DNA of 57,385 nucleotides, filler included, from Perkinsus olseni (Eukaryota): NCBI GenBank assembly GCA_013115125.1. It is 2 parts of 2 records of this genome, joined end to end, with 100 filler letters (N's around TTAATTAATTAA, not from the genome) between each part and the next. Parts side by side here need not be neighbours in the genome. Positions count along the whole stretch, not along the records: positions 28,790 to 57,385 come from JABANN010000444.1; 1 more part is not named here. One strand, 5' to 3'. Shown piece by piece: positions 49,140 to 57,385 of this stretch (position 1 is its first letter; each line of letters starts with the position of its first letter). The notes under the pieces were generated by a model. It saw only the letters and a program-made list of their open reading frames with translations, ran no database searches and was not told where the DNA came from. The position numbers and the translations under genes were made by a program.

Positions 49140-52100
49140 CCTCTCCCATAACAGATAGATTCTGCTGCTTCATCTCAGCGGGTATAACAACTTCGAAAGT
49201 CGCCCCCGTATCTTTTTTTCCGTGCCATGCCAGAGTCAACCCCATCTTATCACACATATTTTGAACCATGTTCAACCCCAGTCCAATGCCATAATAGGTT
49301 TCTGGTTGGGCTCGGTAAAATGGATGATTCAATTTCTCCTTTTCGTCCGAGGTGAATCCACAGCCAGTATCAACCACGATGAATCTTACACCACCATCAC
49401 CCTCGGCTTCCGCGGAAAGGGTTACACTACCTAAAGATATGAAAGAAAGATACGCAAAGATTCGCCGAGAAATTTCATGTTTTTTCGATTTTCTACGAAA
49501 AAAACAAGTAATAGAATAACGTACGAAATATCTATAAAAAATGACAGATATACTTCTATTCTTCATTTTCGACGCTTCTTTCCGCAAAATTTCCGAAATT
49601 TCCCGGAAATCAGCCATTCACCACCATCATCATCGGCTTCCTAGGAAAGGGCTACACTACCCAAGACCGAAAAACTACGAGAAAATGCAAAAATTTTCCG
49701 AAAAAAAATTCTGATGAAAAATGATATACCAAGAAATCGGGAAAATAGAATCCATTAGAGCTCCGCAAGTCCCCGCTGAACCCATCCAAAAGTGACAGAC
49801 AAATCTAGAAGTGTCAACCGTCACGCGCCACGAAATTCACCGTCGCGCGCCACTAAATTATTTGATATTCGAACCCGGCAAAGGTGGTTACCTTTGGCCG
49901 TGAACTTGAGAGCGTTGTCCGCAAGCTGATGAACGATTCTCCGGAGGCGATGGGGATCTTGCTTGACCTGCAAAAATATCTTTGCGCACAGCGAAGATTT
50001 CCTCATCAATACGACTCAACCTCACATTTCTCCAAAAAATTCCCGAAAAAAAAATCGAAAGAAAATCTTCACCGCGCCACGAAATTATTACCAATGGCAG
50101 CCCTCCCTCCTTAGGGACTTTATTAATAAATTCGACCGTATCTTTCTTCATGGGCTGACCTCGCTTGTCGTTCGCGCGGAGGAGCTCTTCATGACAACTC
50201 TGGACGATCGGACCGAGGTCGACCCCTCCCGAGGGCGCATGATAGGCTAGCAGAGGTTCCGCAGCCATACACCCATCTCGTATCAACGACATAACCTAAG
50301 TATCTTAGGTCGAAGCATGCAAGATACAAAACAGCTCAACATCCTTACCTCCACCACCCTCAATCCGCACCTATAAATCATTCCCAGCTGCTTTTGCATC
50401 GGTTTTTTAACCTCAGTTTTTATAAGCACATCAGCCAGTCCCGTAATACCCAAATGCGGAATCACCAGCATGTGCGCCAACTGCCCGAGACCTCGTTTTT
50501 GAACCAACCATCGGTCGCCAGGATCGCTCAGCCCAGCCCAATATCCGAAGCCCTCCACCCCCTTCTCAAACTCCCCTTCAATGCAGTTATCTTCCTTAGG
50601 GAACCAGATCTCGAAGACGCTCCCTCTGCCCACCTCCGAGCTCCGCACAAATATCTTTCCGCCGCAAATCTTCTCGATGCTTTCCTTGGCCGAGCTCAAC
50701 CCAAGGCCCCAAGATTCCCCATCATTATTACATGTAAATTTATTATGGTATCCTGGCTTCAACCTCACCCATGGTTCAAAGATACGCGCCCACTCGACCT
50801 CGGGAATGCCCACTCCCGAGTCGTGTACGGAGAGAACGACATGCTCGGGCTCCTCCCGAGAGGTGCAAATGACGTGTCCTTTCTCGGTGAACTTGAGGGC
50901 GTTGTGAACCTAAAGGTCGCAGGTTCGATCCCGGGCGACGACAAATAGGTTTTATATAGAAGCCATCAATATTAATTCCATATGAAGATCACTATCAACC
51001 CTGAGTTTCACAAGTGGCAAAGATACGCTGGACGAACTTCGCGCGCCACGAAATTATCATCATAAGCGTCATCAACCTCAAGATTCCTGTCATATGTCAA
51101 CCTAAAGATTCCTGCCACCTTCAAGCCAGTAAGATTCCCATCATCACCACAGCATAGACAGCCTTAGCGACATGTCGTTCGGAGGCCTTCACCATCGGCC
51201 CCTCCTCTCCCCATCCCGTTTGGTTCTCCAAAGCAACCTCATCTGACTTGGTCGGCATATTCTGACCATCCAAACCGAACCTGGGAAAAAAATGACGCGA
51301 AAAACGCCTCTGCCAGGATTCGAATCTGCGGCAGCAAATCAGAACAGTCAGAAAATCACCAAATTTCGAAAACTACAACGCACTACCAGCGGAAACCATC
51401 CCAAGGTGATGGGTAACCAAAAGGTCGCTGGATCGAATCCCCCCAGGGGTATTATTACTTCATTAATTCCACCACTTCCTCTACGATGGCCCCCAAGCTG
51501 ACGTCCTCCTTTGTCACCTTCATCCAACCTCTCGCCAATTTATCGCTCACCACATTCTCCTCGACCATCCCACAAAAACGGGCTCCAGCTCTGAAATATC
51601 TTACAGGTTGAGCATGGAAGATACGAACAAGGTCGTATATACCACCAGAGGAAGTCTTAGTACTACACTCATCATCACGGCAGAAGCTTTCCCGAATTGA
51701 AGGGGGTCCCCACAAGATTGAAGTCAACGGGAGAGCGAAGAACCACATAGAGCGGACCTCGGAGGGTATCTTTGCGAATCTTTCAATCACCATGGGAACA
51801 AACAAGTCGACCTCGGAGCGTATCTTTGCGAATCTTTTAATCACCATGGGAACGAACAAGTCGACCTCTGAGCGAATCTTTGCGAATCTTTTAATCACCA
51901 TGGGAACAAACAGGTCGACCTCCGACGAAATCAACCGATAAGGAGAAATCTTCCTTCGGTCCACTTGAGCGAACTTGACACCGATTCAGCGCAGAAATTG
52001 AAAAACCATCAATCCAGATTCACGCTGCCACCTAATTTAAATTTGTGAGTAAATATCATTCAACCCGCCATCTCGTTTCTTTCCAATTTTCTCAGATGGC

Positions 52101-52561
52101 TCGCCGTCCCCGCGTGTTCTGGTGGCCTCGGTCGCCGCTGTGCTTGGGACGGCGACGTCATTCGCCCGTCTTCAGCGTCCAACGCTCGTCTAGGCAGCGG
52201 ATGCTCGTGCAGCATTCGAAGCATTTACAACTTGTATTTGCAGTGGATGAAAACTTGTCCAAGAAAAATTAATTTTCCGTCTCCTTTAAGAACGACCGAA
52301 AAAAATATCTTATCGGGAAATTGTGGAGATTTGGTCAGAGGTCAACTTGTTTGTACCCATGATGATTGAAAGGTTCGCAAAGATACGGTCCAAGATGAAA
52401 TCACCAAAGATACTTGCCAGGATCAACCTAAGATACTACCTGTTAATCAGGGTTAATCTCTTCTTTTTGACTTCGTCTTTGACCATCATCTTCATCGCTT
52501 CCGTGAGACCGACGATCCCGTTGAAGGGCGACTTCATATCGTGGGTTACATGCCCTTGCTC
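49140..52561 (-). CDS. Histidine kinase with two tandem HisKA-HATPase modules; further exons likely upstream (~53.0-53.6 kb) and downstream
   Basis: Module 1: H-box VTHDMKSPFNGIVGL, VHNALKFTEKG, VHDSGVGIP, IFEPW, GLGLS, GRGSVF. Module 2: LAHMLVIPHLGITGL, LADNALKFTAKG, VVDTGCGF, HPF, GIGLGL, TGATF. Confidence 0.88.
51754..51922. repeat. 54-bp tandem repeat x3 in a kinase intron, with an inverted fourth copy at ~52338-52391
   Basis: Unit approximately GACCTCGGAGCGTATCTTTGCGAATCTTTTAATCACCATGGGAACAAACAAGTC; reverse-complement-like copy GAGGTCAACTTGTTTGTACCCATGATGATTGAAAGGTTCGCAAAGATACG. Confidence 0.9.
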
Positions 52562-52621
52562 CTGAAGAAAAAGAGAGAATCTTTAGGTTGACCTTGCAAG
52601 TTATGAGGAGGTTGGAATTGA

Positions 52622-53005
52622 AAGCGTATCTTAGGTTGACTCATGCGAGATACGAGTATGCTTGCTGAATCAAGCGTATCTTAGGTTGACTCATGNNNNN
52701 NNNNNNNNNNNNNNNNNNNNNNNNNNNNNNNNNNNNNNNNNNNNNNNNNNNNNNNNNNNNNNNNNNNNNNNNNNNNNNNNNNNNNNNNNNNNNNTTGACT
52801 CATGCGAGATACGAGTATGCTTGCTGAATCAAGCGTATCTTAGGTTGACTCATGCGAGATACGAGTATGCTTGCTGAATCAAGCGTATCTTAGGTTGACT
52901 CATGCGAGATACGAGTACGCTTGAGCAATCAAGCGTATCTTAGGTTGACTCATGCGAGATACGAGTATGCTTGCTGAATCAAGCGTATCTTAGGATGACT
53001 CATGC
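52622..53005. repeat. 50-bp tandem minisatellite spanning an N gap (52696-52794)
   Basis: AAGCGTATCTTAGGTTGACTCATGCGAGATACGAGTATGCTTGCTGAATC at 52622, 52672 (partial), 52831, 52881, 52931 and 52981 (partial). Confidence 0.95.
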
Positions 53006-53796
53006 TTGCCACGGACGAATCAAATGCAGACGACCGACTGACTCTCTCGCTGACTCTTGACGGCTACGAGTGTTTTTCAGCCGAACGGCCGAGGGTATCT
53101 TAAGTTGACTTATGCAAGATACAAATTGGGTCAAGCCTAGAACCTTCTCCCAACTACCTCCTGCGAGAAAAATTCATCGCTCTTGCCTCTTTCAGGATGA
53201 TCCGAGTATCCCTCATCAGCCGACATGAAAAACGCATCTCAACTGCTCAGCCTCTCTCGTATCTTTCATGCTCGACCCCAAGATATGCTCCCAAGGTTTC
53301 GCACCAAATCGATCGCCTGGGCGTGCGCTAAATACCTGCACAATAAATCTCGCTCGCCCTAAAACCTATACCCAACAAAGTGAAACTTTCCGCGCCTTAC
53401 GGAGATGCTTGGCCCACCGGTGACTACCAAAGTACCTCTTCCGAAGTGTCATTCTTGTTCTTAACGCGTGAAAGACAGTCCGGCGAGCGTTGGAACGTCT
53501 TCGGCAGTTTCCCGGACCAGTTTTGAAGAATCTTCTACCTCGTTTTCTTAGGGGAGCGACTGATTGAGAGGACAACACCCTCGAGTTTTACCGTCTAGAA
53601 TCCGATTTATCATCTTTGTCAGGTCGCCCGATTAAGGTTGATAAATCGTTCGCTTCCAGTCCGTCTCAGCTGCAATGTAACCATTGTCACTCAATAAAAC
53701 CAACTACCATTCTTCACTTGACCTCAGCGTGTCTTCTTACCACCGGAAACTGCAATCTGCTTGCCTTCTTCTTCTTCAGTCTACCCACGCGCTTCA

Positions 53797-54572
53797 ATGC
53801 TGTTCAGCTCCCTTCTGCTCTCCTCAGCCGTCCTCGTCGTCCTCGGCAAGAAGTACGAGTACGACCCCGTCATGTGCGATCTCGAGAACGACAAAGACGG
53901 TCAACCTTTCGATGATACCATATGCCTCGTCAAAGATCCTGATACTAATTCTCGCCAGGTAAGAGCTCATCCGTGTTGCGCCAGCTTCAACCTTGGATAT
54001 TTCAGATGCTCTTGATCGCTGGTCTGAAGAAGCGTGCCCCTACCCAAGGAACTGTTGTCCAGCTCGATATCACTAAGCCCGGTCGTGGTGGCCCTAACTC
54101 CAAGAGACTCTCTCTGTCGTCGATCCCGAATGATACTTTCTCCTACCACGGCGAGGAGTTCAGGAACGGTCCTCATCACATCAACGGCAAGTCAGATCTC
54201 AAATTCTTGTATCTGAAGCGTCGTCGTGGTGGCGGTGAAAAACAAGTGTTTCTGAAGAAGGTCGAACCGGTTGGCCTTGGAGACGATCGCGTTAAAAGAA
54301 ATGGCACTTTCGTTTCGGTCACTGGTGACGTCAAGCTTGAAAGATTCTCTAACCTGGTCACCTTCGACTGGCGTATCAGCTACAAGAATCAGAACGGCGA
54401 ATGGAGTTCGCCCAGTATCACTTACGCCGATCAGTACATCGTCAAGAGCGTGCTGGGTAATTTCCATGGTACTTTTTATGACCTTCCTTTTTTTGATACC
54501 GGTTATAAGGAACACATCATTATGCTGGCTACCTATCTTGGAAAGACCATCGTCTTGGTGAGGGGTAACTAG
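53797..54572 (+). CDS. Secreted protein family member 1 (exons 53797-53958, 54006-54572)
   Basis: Signal peptide MLFSSLLLSSAVLVVLG; YDPVMCD...DDTICLV; phase-0 intron; MLLIAG...FHGTFY...IIML. Confidence 0.8.
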
Positions 54573-54770
54573 AAGTGCATGTTGATGATGTGAGACTGTG
54601 TGATGTTCTGTGTGCAGATATGTTGTTGAGTTGCCGGACGATGATTCTCATGCTTTTCTCGTCTCAGGTTGATCTGCGCACGACTGCGTTCTCCTCGCTA
54701 ACCGCACTCGTATCTGGCAAGCTTCGACCTAAGATTCCATAATCGCCTCAGTTCAACCTATTCCATCTTC

Positions 54771-55768
54771 ATGCTACCGCGTCGTCCTCTTCTGCTGCTC
54801 TTGACTGCTCTCGCGACCAATGCTGCTACGGGAGGGCTTTTTCGTCGCATTTCGAGGTCCGTTTCCGGGTCTCTGAAAAAGAAAAAGCGCGTTGTCTTCG
54901 ATTCTGTGCTATGCGACAAGAAACATGAACTGCTTGGCGAGCTCTACGACGACCGCATCTGCATAGTAGATTTCAACGGGGGCACTGAGGTAAGTGGAGA
55001 GATAATCCCGCTTTTTGTTACCTTCTTGAGCATCCTATCTCTGAGTCCTTACAGCCGCACGACCTTGGGAGTGTGTTGTGATAATTGCTCAGTGCTTTCG
55101 CCACTACTCGTCTGTTTGCTTTGCAGGTGCTCCTCGTCGAAGGTCTCCGGACGGGCCACATCACCGCCTCGGTCCTCCCGACCAACAATACTGGCCAGAA
55201 GGACATCAAGTTGTTCACGCTTCCCGCGGGCGCCTACCGACGGTACCTGCTCGGTCAAGGTCCGCACGAGATCGACTTGAGGGTGAGCACGGTCGCCTTC
55301 AACTCGGAAATGATTACCGGGAAGAAGGCCAACCTCGATCGGGTTCAAGAAGTTTTTGCCACTGACGATCGCGTCACCTCGGACGAAGATTTGCGGTCCG
55401 GCCGAGAGTTCGTCTGGACTGATGGTAACGTGAAAGTCGAACAAAAATCTCGTCATAAGACTTTTTACTCTGAGAAAAGAGAAGACGGTAATTGGACGCA
55501 GATGGTGGAGATGCAGAGATGGGAGTATATCCTCAGCGTCCCTGGACTGCCCTTTAAGGGGACTTTCTACGGCTTCAACTCTGACGGCCGAGGACGGGCC
55601 ATCATGCTGGGTCGTCATGATGGTCGTACTGTTTTTCTCGCTCTGCAGCAGCAGCAGCAGCTACAGCAGCCAAGTGAACAGACAGAGGAGAGTCTGATGC
55701 CGAGGAAGGGAAGTAAGAGGCGGTCGTCGGTTCGCAAGCTGAAGAGGGTGAGAGTTACCGACCTGTAA
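54771..55768 (+). CDS. Secreted protein family member 2 (exons 54771-54989, 55127-55768)
   Basis: Signal peptide MLPRRPLLLLLTALATNA; FDSVLCD...DDRICIV; phase-0 intron; VLLVEG...FKGTFY...AIML; poly-Q and basic tail. Confidence 0.8.
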
Positions 55769-56072
55769 GGTGTCCTCATGATGTCGTTGATGTAGTTGTC
55801 CTGCTGTTTACTATTACGTTCACTCCTCAATTCACGAACTGTCCTGTTGTCCATCTGCCGGTCGAAAGATGGTATGATCTCCTTTTTGTTGAGAAACGAC
55901 GTTCGCCTGAAGCGTCTGAAAGTTTTATAGTTGTAGAACGTGGACAGCGTTTCCGTCGGCGGCGGTGTGGTGAGGTCCTCCGGTCTTCACGATGCCGAAT
56001 CTCAGCGAAGATTCCGATATCTTACAGAGATTGCAATTCTCTCGGTCGACCGTTTTCAGTGCTATCATAAAA

Positions 56073-56887
56073 ATGCTGCGTCTTGCAATACCGCTCCTTT
56101 CCCTCATCATCCCCGTCGCCGGGCTTGGCAAAAGCCGGGCGTTCGACTATCTCCTCTGCGACCAATTCCCGGACATGTACGGCTTCGTCCCTGATGGGGA
56201 GACCGACGATCTCATGTGTTGGTTGAAGGGGTCGAACCAGGGTCGTCAGGTGGGAACCTCTCTCGCCACGCTTGCTCGAATCTTGCTTTTCAGATGCTGT
56301 TGATATACGGCTTGGACTCCTCGGATGATGCTGATCCTCCATTCGTATCAACTCTGAAGTTGAGAAAGAAGAAAACGGATCATCACACTGGTTACACTGA
56401 AGGCTTCATCACCACCTCGAAGGAGGGTTTTTACTACCGTGGCCGTCAGTGGTCTAACGGTACCCACTACATGACCGGAGATAAGAACCATGGGCTAAAG
56501 CTGACGTTGATGCAGAAGGAGCCGCTGTGGCAGGAATGGGTTGACCTTACCAGAGTTGAAGAGCTCTCCCCGGATGATAAGTTGGTTCATGAAGTCTCTA
56601 CTTACGTTGACCGCAAAAATGGCATGAAAGTTACTGCCGGCTTCGTTGACGAGGAGTCCCGCTATGTCTTTTATCTCATAAAGAAAAATGGTCGCGGTCA
56701 GTGGGGCCATAGTCTTCGGATGAAGACGGATGGTTTCCTCCTCACTAGTCCTGTTGATGATTTCAAGGGAACTTTTTACAAGGTCATGGTCGGACAAAAG
56801 CGTTACGTGATTATGCTGGGCGAATTTACTGAGGGGAAAAAGAAAAGTTTGAAGATGTTGGTGCCCCTAAGATCGGAGACATTGTAG
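56073..56887 (+). CDS. Secreted protein family member 3 (exons 56073-56249, 56294-56887)
   Basis: Signal peptide MLRLAIPLLSLIIPVAG; FDYLLCD...DDLMCWL; phase-0 intron; MLLIYG...FKGTFY...VIML. Confidence 0.8.
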
Positions 56888-57385
56888 ACGTCCGTGGGCG
56901 TTCATTTCATGTTAACCGATGTTCTTGTGGCAGTCGATGTGTTAATATTGACGGTGTTGTGCTGAATAGTGGTAGTTACTTTGAGCTATTCTGTATCTTC
57001 CGCGCGCGACCGGAAGATATTCGTGTGAACTCGACGATCACTGTAGGCCCGAAGGGTGGCGTATCTTGAGGTTGAGCTGGGGAAATATCCTTGACCTCGT
57101 CCTACCCTCGCCTGAATACTAGTGCCATCAGTATGCGGACCTGATCGGCAATGAGTCGGGCTAAGCAAGTAACACGAGTAACACAGAAGGCTGCACCTTA
57201 CAAGCCATGTCGTCTTGAGCAAGATTCGAATCGGGGCTCCGACTGCCATGCCTCCCATAGCTGAGCAACGAGGGTACAATGTTTCGGCGTCATTGAAGCA
57301 TCGTATACAGTCCATTGCCTTCGCGTGCCTAACCTCGACTCGAACACAAGACACCACAGGATTGGGCTATCATCTTGACTCAGCG

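Larger units (their letters stand above)
30142..51450. repeat. Dispersed family 1: tRNA 3'-half fragments (AAGGTC-N3-GGTTCGATCCC), mostly intronic, both strands
   Basis: Copies near 30160, 31263, 34675, 35852, 36968, 37500, 38291, 39716, 40005, 40801, 41540, 45895, 46155, 46757, 48452, 48695, 50912, 51313 and 51421. Confidence 0.85.
31915..57080. repeat. Dispersed family 2: ~40-nt hairpin GTATCTTAGGTYGA-N5-6-CAAGATAC(A-rich)AGGTCAA, mostly intronic, both strands
   Basis: Copies near 31915, 32111, 32560, 33870, 36560, 38697, 43126, 45011, 45325, 46625, 47455, 50300, 52410, 53095, 54710 and 56985. Confidence 0.85.

Noticed and set aside
51455-51964. ORF with repeated SEVDLFVPMVIKRFAKIR peptide
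   Set aside because: Translation of the intronic 54-bp repeat; only its last part is a real kinase exon.
52622-53005. CRISPR-like appearance of the 50-bp array (also the 39-bp and 54-bp arrays)
   Set aside because: Units are head-to-tail with no unique spacers, no cas genes are present and the context is eukaryotic.

Overview
Eukaryotic genomic DNA with many short (~40-55 nt) GT-AG introns, most consistent with the alveolate parasite Perkinsus (inferred from the cathepsin B sequences and intron size). An artificial N-TTAATTAATTAA-N linker at 28690-28789 joins two contigs. Left contig: (1) the 3' end of a flavocytochrome-type fumarate reductase fused to three cytochrome b5 domains and a bacterial-type SdhC/cytochrome b558 membrane anchor; (2) a convergent paralog with five cytochrome b5 domains and the same anchor; (3) a MESD-like ER chaperone gene; (4) three cathepsin B copies, each with a different lesion; (5) the 3' end of a Ty3/Gypsy LTR retrotransposon carrying an extra spliced ORF. 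Right contig: a secreted protein, a DUF3431-like gene, a HAD-like gene, a THUMP methyltransferase, a coiled-coil gene, a tandem double histidine kinase, and three paralogous secreted proteins. From about 30 to 53 kb, many introns are built from a few recurring hairpin motifs: tRNA T-arm fragments in both orientations, a GTATCTT..AAGATAC hairpin and an ATCGATCACGTGATCGAT palindrome. The two most interesting signals are the fumarate reductase/(cyt b5)n/SdhC electron-transfer pair and these repeat-built introns. Exon boundaries were read by eye and are approximate where stated.
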